This document shows positions 29,251-37,752 of a DNA stretch of 64,000 bases, piece after piece. Under the pieces are notes generated by a model. That model saw only the letters and a list, made by a program, of their open reading frames with translations, ran no database searches and was not told the DNA's origin. The number at the start of each line of letters is the position of its first letter. Position 1 is the first letter of the stretch. Position numbers and translations under genes: made by a program. Origin of the DNA: a virus; the IMG/VR virus record IMGVR_UViG_3300025151_008080, positions 6,760 through 70,759 of that record; one strand, given 5' to 3'.

Positions 29251-29994
29251 TTAAACCTTTAAAGCCATATCCCATACTAATAAATGTAGTCTTGGACTAA
29301 AATTAAAGTAATGTTTTTTAGCTAACTCAGCTACCATAGGAGCTACTTTAATATGCTCCTCTCTACTACCGCAACAAGGCATTAACCAAACTCTCCCCGG
29401 TGGTATATCAAACGGGTCAATATATTTCTCAATAACCTCATCTAAGTCTGACTCCTTACCTATAACAAACTTAAAGCCAGAATTGTGAGTTGCGTGCCAT
29501 TCTAGTACATTAGGTTTATATCTTCTATCTTCAGGGTCACCATTATTACTAAGCTTCGGAGAAGTAGTAAATGTAGCACCATACCGCAACCACTCTTTAT
29601 CGGGCATAATAGTAGCGTTAGTTTCAAAATCTATTCTCGGTACACTACCCCACTCTACATCCATATAATAGATAAAATCAAGCAATGACCTTTGCTGTAC
29701 AAGAGGCTCTCCACCTGTAATTTTAAGTATAGCTCCATTACGTAGATGTTCTGAATATTTTTCTTCTTCTAATAATTTAAGAAGATTTTCATACGTAAAT
29801 TTATTCTTAATACTCCATGACACATAACTATCACATCCATGAGGAGAAGCATCAGAAGCAAATCCTTTACATGTAAGATTACACATCGATAGTCGCATAA
29901 ATACAGACGGGTAACCGACGTATTCACCTTCACCCTCTACTGTGTAGAAGACTTTATCATCTGATAAAAATATTGTTTTGTCTTTTTCTTCCAT
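29251..29994 (-). CDS. queE: 7-carboxy-7-deazaguanine synthase (radical SAM)
   Basis: FYTVEGEG..VG.PSVF.R, CNLTC-x11-CDS, ITGGEP, ETN, SPKL, KFV and SPRLH..W. Confidence 0.9.
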   Translation of the reverse strand: MEEKDKTIFLSDDKVFYTVEGEGEYVGYPSVFMRLSMCNLTCKGFASDASPHGCDSYVSWSIKNKFTYENLLKLLEEEKYSEHLRNGAILKITGGEPLVQQRSLLDFIYYMDVEWGSVPRIDFETNATIMPDKEWLRYGATFTTSPKLSNNGDPEDRRYKPNVLEWHATHNSGFKFVIGKESDLDEVIEKYIDPFDIPPGRVWLMPCCGSREEHIKVAPMVAELAKKHYFNFSPRLHLLVWDMALKV

Positions 29995-29995
29995 A

Positions 29996-30160
29996 TTAGT
30001 TTCTATCCTCGTAATAAGTTATATCATTACCAAACGGTTTAGTCAAGTCCTTTTCTTTAGGATTTTCTTTTTTTTCTTTTTTACTAGACCAATCAATATT
30101 GTCCCAATTACTAATAACACTAGAATAATCCTCTTCGCGACGTTTGCTACCTTTACTCAT
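29996..30160 (-). CDS. Small hypothetical protein (54 aa)
   Basis: Below the ORF-track cutoff. Translates as MSKGSKRREEDYSSVISNWDNIDWSSKKEKKENPKEKDLTKPFGNDITYYEDRN and fills the queD-queE gap with 1-nt spacers. Confidence 0.65.
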   Translation of the reverse strand: MSKGSKRREEDYSSVISNWDNIDWSSKKEKKENPKEKDLTKPFGNDITYYEDRN

Positions 30161-30161
30161 A

Positions 30162-30620
30162 TTAAAATTTGTTTATATCTACGTTATTGTTTTTATATAT
30201 AGCAGAGTTTTTCTCGTGCTCAAATAACTCAACTTCCGAACACCAACATCTGTCGTTAGTTTGTAACTTTACATATTTATCTGCTTCTTCGCAGCAAAAT
30301 TGTGCAAATTTTTCTATACCAACACCATCCATAACTCGCAAATCCACAACTCCAATATCAGATAACTTTCTAAACTCTTCTAACGCCGGGTCCTTTCTAG
30401 ATACAACTAATGTATGATCGAATTGTCTTTCTAGATCTTTTTTAAGATCTTTTAAACCACCGAAATCTACAACCCAATTATTCTCATCTAGCTTATAAGC
30501 TCCGAACTTAAACTTAGCAATTAAACGATAACCATGAATAAAGCGGCAATGAGACGTAGCTTCCGGTTGCCGAAAAGCACAGCTACCTAATTCGATAATC
30601 TTAGTACTATAAAAACTCAT
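30162..30620 (-). CDS. queD: 6-carboxytetrahydropterin synthase (QueD/PTPS)
   Basis: SHCRFIHGY, WVVDFGGLK, FDHT and EHEKNSA; ATG at 30620 fits the promoter. Confidence 0.9.
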   Translation of the reverse strand: MSFYSTKIIELGSCAFRQPEATSHCRFIHGYRLIAKFKFGAYKLDENNWVVDFGGLKDLKKDLERQFDHTLVVSRKDPALEEFRKLSDIGVVDLRVMDGVGIEKFAQFCCEEADKYVKLQTNDRCWCSEVELFEHEKNSAIYKNNNVDINKF

Positions 30621-30691
30621 ACATCTATTATAACACAATCTCAACTAAAATCAATAGTTGAATTTAAAAAAATACCCTCTATAATAACGAC
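30621..30691. promoter_or_regulatory. Back-to-back sigma70-like promoters for queD (-) and folE2 (+)
   Basis: Minus strand TTGATT-N16-TATAAT-N6-ATG; plus strand TTGAAT(30658)-N16-TATAAT(30680)-N6-ATG(30692). Confidence 0.7.
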
Positions 30692-31726
30692 ATGGACAGT
30701 AAATATGAATGGTTAGGAGAAGACGACGAACTAACCGGTGAAAAGGATGTTATTGCTAAAGAGATTATGGGTGATGAATATAGTAAAAGCTATTTCCCGC
30801 CTATACGAGTTTACGATAATAATGTAAATGCTAATAAGAAATACATTGCGTCATTACCAGATCTGCAAAACGGGCCTTCGAGCTTAATTCAAGGCGCAGC
30901 TGTACCTATCCAGCAAGTAGGTATCCATAATTTTAAATTACCTCTTACATATAAAAAGAGGTGTGGGGATACAATAGAACTAGAAACAAGCGTAACAGGT
31001 AGCGTTAGTTTAGAGGCACACAAAAAAGGTATTAACATGTCTCGTATTATGAGAAGTTTTTATGATCATAAAGAAGATGTCTTTAGTATTGGTAAGATTA
31101 AAGATGTTTTAGAGACATATAAAAATAATCTTAAGAGTTTTGATTCTCGTATCATGTTAAAAATATCATACCCTATTAAGCAAAAAAGCTTACGAAGCGG
31201 CTTAGAGGGATATCAATATTACGATGTAGTTTTTGAAGGAGATTTAACTAAAGACGGAGAATTTAAAAAATATATTCATTTTGATTTTGTTTACTCATCA
31301 GCTTGTCCATGTAGTTTTGAGTTGAGTGAACATGCAGAGAAATACCGCAACAGAGCAACCGTTCCGCACAGTCAGAGAAGTGTAGCTCGGGTAAGTGTTA
31401 AGTTTGATGAAATGCTGTGGGTTGAGGACTTACAGGAATTGTGCTTAGAAGCACTGCAAACTGAAACACAAGTAATGGTAAAGAGAGAAGACGAACAAGC
31501 ATTCGCGGAAAAGAATGGAGCATACTTAAAGTTTGTAGAGGATGCAGTAAGATTACTTTATGATAAACTTACAAATGAATCTAGAATTACAGATTTTAAA
31601 ATTGTAGCATCTCACAACGAAAGCTTGCATAGTCACAACGCTGTATCTGTAATCGTCAAAGGGGTACCAGGCGGCTTTACCGCGGGAGTAGCGAGAGATG
31701 TTTTTGAGTCAACTGGCTTAAGGTAA
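30692..31726 (+). CDS. folE2: GTP cyclohydrolase I type B
   Basis: [43 protein letters not shown] and ESLHSHNA. Confidence 0.95.
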   Translation: MDSKYEWLGEDDELTGEKDVIAKEIMGDEYSKSYFPPIRVYDNNVNANKKYIASLPDLQNGPSSLIQGAAVPIQQVGIHNFKLPLTYKKRCGDTIELETSVTGSVSLEAHKKGINMSRIMRSFYDHKEDVFSIGKIKDVLETYKNNLKSFDSRIMLKISYPIKQKSLRSGLEGYQYYDVVFEGDLTKDGEFKKYIHFDFVYSSACPCSFELSEHAEKYRNRATVPHSQRSVARVSVKFDEMLWVEDLQELCLEALQTETQVMVKREDEQAFAEKNGAYLKFVEDAVRLLYDKLTNESRITDFKIVASHNESLHSHNAVSVIVKGVPGGFTAGVARDVFESTGLR

Positions 31727-32758
31727 AGATTCAAAAATATCTCTAATATCCTCAGGGGCGACATGATCTGGAATGTCGCCTTTTATTTTGTCGAAATCAT
31801 CAAAATTATCTCTAATATTACTAGCACTATAAGGAGTACCATCTGATTTAACTGTAACATCTACAGCTGACTCTTCAGGATTAACAATGTTTAACTCTAA
31901 ACCTTGTTTTTGTACCCATGCTTCAACACCCATCCATCTCTTCCAATCGTTATCTTTTTTACTAGCGCCAAGTACTACCGTAGAACCTGGTTCTATATCT
32001 CGCAACGATTCATATGCAGTAGTAACAGGAGAAGGATAATCAGAGATTAATACATCAACGTTAGTTAAGTTAGATGTATATAGCTCAAATATTTGTTCAG
32101 AAACTTGAGGGGTAATAACTTTACCATCTTTAGTAGTGCGCACACTCTTAGGAGAAGGAGCTGAAATAAGTACACGTACTTGTCCTGTTGGGTACATCTC
32201 GCTATATTTTTTAACCATCTCATAATGACCTTTATGAGGAGGTTTAAAGCTACCAGGAACTAATACTATAACTCTATTGTTTTTTTTTAAATCCTCGAGC
32301 ATAGAGTTAGCTCTGTCTCTAAACGTAGATCCTTCGGATAGACCTCTCTTGCTTAAGTAAGTAGTAATTGCCTTTTCTACTTCTTTTTCTTGACCAGCTT
32401 CTACTTCTTTAAAAAATAACTCTCTTTCATCAGTGGTAAGAGTAGCATCATCTATATCTGCATGTAAAGCAAGTCTCGCTAGATTTACTAAAAAACGCTC
32501 TCCTTCTGACTTTAGTGGTTGTACTTCTGTTTCAGGGGTTTCTTCCGCTTCTTTTGGCATTTGTTTCATTGCCTGTAGAGCCTTTTTCTTGTTAATCTGA
32601 GATTGCTTAGATATAGCTAAATCATTAGGATCCTTAGACCCTTTTTTAACACGATCAAGAGCAGCATCTATAGTACCTTGATTCTTCTTACGCTCTTTCT
32701 CTGCAGGAGTTAATTTAACCTTCATTAACTCCTCAATAATGTGTAGAAACTTGCTCAT
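31718..32758 (-). CDS. HxGH nucleotidyltransferase (cytidyltransferase-like) with long N-terminal extension; probable virion protein
   Basis: [11 protein letters not shown] and SASNIR; TATAAATA late box upstream. Confidence 0.75.
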   Translation of the reverse strand: MSKFLHIIEELMKVKLTPAEKERKKNQGTIDAALDRVKKGSKDPNDLAISKQSQINKKKALQAMKQMPKEAEETPETEVQPLKSEGERFLVNLARLALHADIDDATLTTDERELFFKEVEAGQEKEVEKAITTYLSKRGLSEGSTFRDRANSMLEDLKKNNRVIVLVPGSFKPPHKGHYEMVKKYSEMYPTGQVRVLISAPSPKSVRTTKDGKVITPQVSEQIFELYTSNLTNVDVLISDYPSPVTTAYESLRDIEPGSTVVLGASKKDNDWKRWMGVEAWVQKQGLELNIVNPEESAVDVTVKSDGTPYSASNIRDNFDDFDKIKGDIPDHVAPEDIRDIFESLP

Positions 32759-32767
32759 TATAATTAT

Positions 32768-33313
32768 TTATAGTAGAGAAAGTTTATTTCTTATATCTTC
32801 GAAGTAAGTTTTATCTAAAAAGGTGAGCTCATACTTTTTACAGAAGTATATTAATTTATGAAAATGAAAATTAGAGTTTTGTAATTTTTTTAATTTACAA
32901 CTTAATAGTATTGTAAGTTCGTCTTTTTTACCTTCACAAGAAAACTTTACAAATTCTTTCATTGGTTTATTACCTTTTATAAGTAAAACTGGAAATTTCT
33001 TAATAAAGGTTGAAAGATATTTATTATACTGTATATTGAGCTTATTAGTAACATCAAAATATATAACTGGTTTATACTTTTTGTTGTGATGTTTAAGTAC
33101 TTCGCAGCTATAATATATAAAATAATGAAATATAAATTTCTTATGCTGAGTATTAGTTAAATTAATATCAGAATCAAACTCTGATATCTTTTTAACACTT
33201 TCATTATGGGTTGATAATATTACAGAGGAGAAATCTATTAAATTATATATTGATCCAGGTATCTTATAATTTAAGTTCCGGGTCTGAATTAAGTTGTTTA
33301 ATTCGTTCTGCAT
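32768..33313 (-). CDS. Hypothetical protein resembling the N-terminus of T4 RNase H (degenerate 5' nuclease fold)
   Basis: LIDFSSVILST ... FIFHYF ... VIYFD; the downstream EADD and GD.SD acids are absent. Confidence 0.35.
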   Translation of the reverse strand: MQNELNNLIQTRNLNYKIPGSIYNLIDFSSVILSTHNESVKKISEFDSDINLTNTQHKKFIFHYFIYYSCEVLKHHNKKYKPVIYFDVTNKLNIQYNKYLSTFIKKFPVLLIKGNKPMKEFVKFSCEGKKDELTILLSCKLKKLQNSNFHFHKLIYFCKKYELTFLDKTYFEDIRNKLSLL

Positions 33314-33767
33314 TTGATTCCCAAAAATTACTATAATCAGTTATAATATACTTATTACTATAAATCAAATGATTAGAAAATCGGAAATATTTAGCGAGTT
33401 TTTTATCAAAAACTATATAACTACCTTTGCGTGTTACTTTAATTAATAAAAACCATAGGTTATTACTCTCTGCTTGTTCAATCCACTTATCTAAAGTCTT
33501 GTTTTTTCCAAATAACTGATGAAAATTAAACTCTTTATAGTTTTTGCACTCTAATTTATAGTTGGACATGCATGACGGTACGATTATATCTCCGTCCATC
33601 ATCCGCTTTTGATCTTCAGTAAGAGAATCAACACGAAATACATTAGCCCCACCGGTATAAGCCCCTGAATTAGGAACACGCATAAAATTCTCATTAAAGA
33701 CTTCACTTAATTGCTTAGCGACCTCTCTTTCCCAACTATTTCCTTTTTGTTTAGCAGCCGATGGCAT
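33264..33767 (-). CDS. Hjc-like PD-(D/E)XK Holliday junction resolvase
   Basis: KQKGNSWEREVA, RVPNSGA, GDI, ECK and WIEQA. Confidence 0.8.
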   Translation of the reverse strand: MPSAAKQKGNSWEREVAKQLSEVFNENFMRVPNSGAYTGGANVFRVDSLTEDQKRMMDGDIIVPSCMSNYKLECKNYKEFNFHQLFGKNKTLDKWIEQAESNNLWFLLIKVTRKGSYIVFDKKLAKYFRFSNHLIYSNKYIITDYSNFWESNAERIKQLNSDPELKL

Positions 33768-33778
33768 ACTAATATATA

Positions 33779-34393
33779 CTACTTAGCTAAATCTTGCAAG
33801 TTTATAGCTTGCTTTACTGCGTCTTCTGGAATTTGAGCTGTCCAATAATTACCTTCATCGGCTGGTTGTAACTCTGGTAGTTTATCTCTATCTAGTATTA
33901 ATAAATAACCACGACCCTTTTCTTTATACTCAAAAAACGCAAACCTACCAGCTAGTTGTATGTCATCTGACACATACGACCCAGTTATACCTTTACGGGT
34001 GTTACCTACCCCTCTTGATACAACGAAACCAGCTTTTTTTAAGTTTTTATATTCTGCAGATGAAATCCCCCGGTATACTTCATCAGGCTTACTCTCTAAT
34101 TTTGATATTTTGTGTACTATTTCTTTATGATCAGGTTTTTCTGGTGGAAAAAGCAAATAATCATATATAGTCTTGCTTTCATTTAGTTTTTTTTTCCGTT
34201 TCTTTTTTACTTTACCTTTACGCTTAATAGTTGCACCTAAAACCTTGGGTAACCTAGCATCTCCTGGAGCATACGTATCTGATGTATTATAATCTCCTCC
34301 GCCTTGACCACCAGTTGGTGCCATTCCTGCAGTAGCAACGGTATTATCGGTTATATATTTTTTAACCAGCTGGTTAAATAGTTTCAAAGCCAT
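33779..34393 (-). CDS. Late protein with C-terminal ADP-ribosyltransferase-like domain
   Basis: ATG at 34393 lies 5 nt from TAAATA. Basic linker ends in LNE, followed by VYRGIS..EY, SYVSDD...A..FA and YLLILD. Confidence 0.45.
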   Translation of the reverse strand: MALKLFNQLVKKYITDNTVATAGMAPTGGQGGGDYNTSDTYAPGDARLPKVLGATIKRKGKVKKKRKKKLNESKTIYDYLLFPPEKPDHKEIVHKISKLESKPDEVYRGISSAEYKNLKKAGFVVSRGVGNTRKGITGSYVSDDIQLAGRFAFFEYKEKGRGYLLILDRDKLPELQPADEGNYWTAQIPEDAVKQAINLQDLAK

Positions 34394-34438
34394 AAAATTA
34401 TTTAGTTGATTTTCAGTATTTATATCTATAATAAATAT

Positions 34439-34843
34439 ATGGAAGTTAGTGATATTATAGAAAGATATCAGCAAGAAGCCGATATAGATACTAATTTAGA
34501 TCGTTTATCTGTTACAGAAACACAAGAAAGATTAGTATCTAACAAACATAAATGGGCTGCGCGTCTTACTAATCATAAGTATAATATCAATAAATACGTC
34601 ACAGAGAAAGCTCTTCTTACTAATCAGTTGATTGAAGAATATCAAAACAATCAACCAGTATCTGTGAGTAGAAATATAGCAGAAAAAGCTATTATTAATA
34701 ATAAACAATTAGTATCTATAAATTTTAAAATTGAAAATGAAATACTTATCGTAGATTTTTTAGATAAAATTTACAAAAATGTAAGCTTTGCGACGAATGA
34801 TATTAAAAATTTAGCAGAACTAATACGACTAGAAACTCAATGA
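34439..34843 (+). CDS. uvsY: Recombination mediator UvsY-like
   Basis: Helical ~135 aa protein (KHKW...L, FLDKI......TNDIKN..E...L) directly upstream of UvsW; ATG at 34439 follows a TATAAT box. Confidence 0.7.
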   Translation: MEVSDIIERYQQEADIDTNLDRLSVTETQERLVSNKHKWAARLTNHKYNINKYVTEKALLTNQLIEEYQNNQPVSVSRNIAEKAIINNKQLVSINFKIENEILIVDFLDKIYKNVSFATNDIKNLAELIRLETQ

Positions 34844-36282
34844 TTGATATAAAGTATCATTCTGATTCTTGCGCTACTATAGCTGGTCCTGAATTAGATA
34901 TAATAAGAGAGCATTTAAGCGTAAAAAACGAAGCAGCTCACTTTCAGAGAAGGATGGGCCGATTCGTACCTCAGCGTACTTATATTATTACTAATAAAGG
35001 TAAGATAGAAGTAGGGTTAATTGAAGAGTGTATAAAGTTTTGTTTAACAAAAGATATAAAATTCACAATTGATAAACAAGTAAAGCAGGTTTTATACCCG
35101 TCTCTCAAAAAAGAAAACATTAATGAATATAATCTTAACCTACAATTTAGAGATTATCAACAAGAAATAATAAACAAATGTATTGATAGAGGTCGTGGTA
35201 CAGTAGTACTAGCAACCGCAGGCGGTAAGACCCTAACCATGGCTGGTCTACTCGAATATTATTATAATAATTATAGTAAAAATTTTAAATGTTTAATAAT
35301 AGTACCGGATCTAGGTCTTGTTAATCAAACAAAAAATGATTTTAAAGAATATAATGTTAGTTTTACTACCTCGAAGTGGACAGGTAAAGACGATTTAAAT
35401 CTATCAACAAATGTCGTAGTATCTAATTTAGGTATACTTCAAAGCGCTAAACAAGATATATCTTGGATTGAACATATAGATTTACTTATTGTAGATGAGG
35501 TACATAAATTAAGACGAGGTAATAAAGTAAATAAAATACTATGTAATGTAAAAACGAATAATAGATTCGGGTTTACTGGTACATTACCAGACAACGATTT
35601 AGATAAATGGAATATTTTTGGCAAAATAGGGCCACAATTATATGAAAAGATGGCTCATGAGCTGCGAGATCAAAAATATGTTACTCCTGCAAAGGTACAT
35701 GTATTAGAATTAAACTACAATACACCTCAAAGCCAAATATATACAGGTAATAATTCTAATGCTTTCTTTTTACAAGAAAGTCAATTTATTAGATCTAACG
35801 AATATAGAAATAAACTAATATCTACCTTGTGTAATAAGCTTGACAATAATGCTCTTATTCTAGTAGACTATATTGAACATGGAGAGAATTTATTAGCTAC
35901 CTTAAAGCAGACATGTACAGATAAAAAGGTATATTTTATACAAGGCTCTGTTGAGACCGACGAAAGAAAAACTATACAAAATTATATGGAGAAAGAAAAA
36001 AATATTATTGTCGTAGCAATATCAAAAATATTCTCCACAGGTATTAATATAAAAAATCTACATTATATAGTTTTTGCTGCTGGTGGTAAAGCTAAAATTA
36101 AAATCGTACAAAGTATTGGTAGAGGCTTACGGTTGCATATCGATAAGGAAGAGCTTATAATCTTTGATATTGCAGACAATCTGCGATACGGTCAACGACA
36201 TGTTGAGCAGCGTCTTTTGTTATATGATAATGAAGATATAAAATATACTTTTAAAAAATATTATGAAACCAAACAAGCCTAA
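34840..36282 (+). CDS. uvsW: UvsW-like SF2 DNA helicase
   Basis: RDYQ, ATAGGKT, DEVH, GFTGT, FSTGINIKNLH and QSIGRGLR. Confidence 0.9.
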   Translation: MIDIKYHSDSCATIAGPELDIIREHLSVKNEAAHFQRRMGRFVPQRTYIITNKGKIEVGLIEECIKFCLTKDIKFTIDKQVKQVLYPSLKKENINEYNLNLQFRDYQQEIINKCIDRGRGTVVLATAGGKTLTMAGLLEYYYNNYSKNFKCLIIVPDLGLVNQTKNDFKEYNVSFTTSKWTGKDDLNLSTNVVVSNLGILQSAKQDISWIEHIDLLIVDEVHKLRRGNKVNKILCNVKTNNRFGFTGTLPDNDLDKWNIFGKIGPQLYEKMAHELRDQKYVTPAKVHVLELNYNTPQSQIYTGNNSNAFFLQESQFIRSNEYRNKLISTLCNKLDNNALILVDYIEHGENLLATLKQTCTDKKVYFIQGSVETDERKTIQNYMEKEKNIIVVAISKIFSTGINIKNLHYIVFAAGGKAKIKIVQSIGRGLRLHIDKEELIIFDIADNLRYGQRHVEQRLLLYDNEDIKYTFKKYYETKQA

Positions 36283-36706
36283 AAAGCCTAATAAAAAGGC
36301 ACATTATGTAAGCCCTAAAAGATTTTTACAACTATTAAAAGAATATTACGAGAGTGATGACTTTGTAGACGAATTAGCAGAGTCTACGTACAAAATTGCA
36401 GTTGGTTTAAGTTATTCTCCTAATTTTATTAACTATAGTTATAAAGATGAAATGATTGGAGACGCGGTGGTAAAAATGATCGCAGCTGTAAAGAATAAAA
36501 AGTTCAATCTAGAATCTACATCAAACCCTTTCTCGTATTTTACCACTATTGCCTATCACGCATTTATTAATAGAATTAAAAAAGAAAAGAAATATAGAGA
36601 GACTATTAATGATTATCAAGAGCAGGTTTATGGTGAACTTATACAAGAAGAAAAGATGTATAAGAACGCCCCTGCGAAAGATTACGATAAAGAAATAACT
36701 TACTAA
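36263..36706 (+). CDS. Late transcription sigma factor gp55
   Basis: HYV, PNFINYSYKDEMIGDA and NPFSYFTTIAYHAFINRIKKEKK. Confidence 0.95.
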   Translation: MKPNKPKKPNKKAHYVSPKRFLQLLKEYYESDDFVDELAESTYKIAVGLSYSPNFINYSYKDEMIGDAVVKMIAAVKNKKFNLESTSNPFSYFTTIAYHAFINRIKKEKKYRETINDYQEQVYGELIQEEKMYKNAPAKDYDKEITY

Positions 36707-37752
36707 TGGATTTGGAAAATAATAAAATAGGTTTCTTCACTGACCTGCATATAGGAGTACATCAAAACAATGAGAAATGGCTTGATGTAACATATAAATG
36801 GGCTACGTGGTTCACTGCAGAACTTAAAAAACAAAATATAAAAAAGATTATTTTCGGAGGAGACCTATTTCATTATAGAGATGAGATTAACGTAAAGACA
36901 CTGCATTTTGCAGATAAAATTTTAGATCTATTTAATGAGTTTGATATGTATATGATTCCAGGTAATCATGATGCATATTATAAAGATAATTCTACTGTAC
37001 ACTCATTATCTATTTTAAATAATAGACCAAATATTACAGTTTTTGACACCCCAACAGTTTATACTTTAAACAATAAGAAGATTGGTTTTTGTCCGTGGGG
37101 GGTAACTGAAGATGATATACCAACAGAGTGTGATTTAATAGTAGGTCACTTCGAATTACAGCATTTTAACTTTAATAGTTTTAAAATGTGTGAACATGGA
37201 ATGACATCAGAAGATGTACTTAAAAAATGTAATTTAATATTTTCTGGTCACTTTCATAAAAGACAACAACGCAAATATAATAATGGAGAAATCGTATATG
37301 CCGGCAACCCGTTTCAAATGGACTTTAATGACATTAATGATAAAAAAGGTTATTATATATTAGATTTCTCCAAGGAAGATATAAAGTATGATTTTTATGA
37401 AAATACTGTATCCCCTGTGCATGTTAAGCTTAATATTTCTGAACTAGAGACACTTAAAGAGGTTGCGAAGAAGGTTGGCTGGTCAAATCTTGTCTTGAAA
37501 ATTATTATAGATACGGACATTAAAACAAATACCTTAGATAAGATTATATCATCAATAAATTATGAAGGACCTTTCTCTCTCGTTACTGATTATTTGCATA
37601 AATTTAACATAGGGGACAACGTATCTATAACTAATGAATTCGGAGACTTGAATATCAAGCAATGTATAGTAGAATATATAGATTCACTAGATATTGAAGA
37701 TAAAATACAAGTGACAAAAAAGACAATAAGCTTATACAACCAATTTGTATGA
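36706..37752 (+). CDS. Recombination nuclease gp47 (Mre11/SbcD-like)
   Basis: DLHIG, GDLF, GNHD, GHFE and SGHFH. Confidence 0.92.
   Translation: MDLENNKIGFFTDLHIGVHQNNEKWLDVTYKWATWFTAELKKQNIKKIIFGGDLFHYRDEINVKTLHFADKILDLFNEFDMYMIPGNHDAYYKDNSTVHSLSILNNRPNITVFDTPTVYTLNNKKIGFCPWGVTEDDIPTECDLIVGHFELQHFNFNSFKMCEHGMTSEDVLKKCNLIFSGHFHKRQQRKYNNGEIVYAGNPFQMDFNDINDKKGYYILDFSKEDIKYDFYENTVSPVHVKLNISELETLKEVAKKVGWSNLVLKIIIDTDIKTNTLDKIISSINYEGPFSLVTDYLHKFNIGDNVSITNEFGDLNIKQCIVEYIDSLDIEDKIQVTKKTISLYNQFV

Noticed and set aside
29251-31726. folE2/queD as folate auxiliary genes, or the que set as tRNA queuosine supply
   Set aside because: No folate genes, queF, tgt, queA or tRNAs appear in the window, and queC sits in the replication operon. 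Disfavoured rather than excluded.
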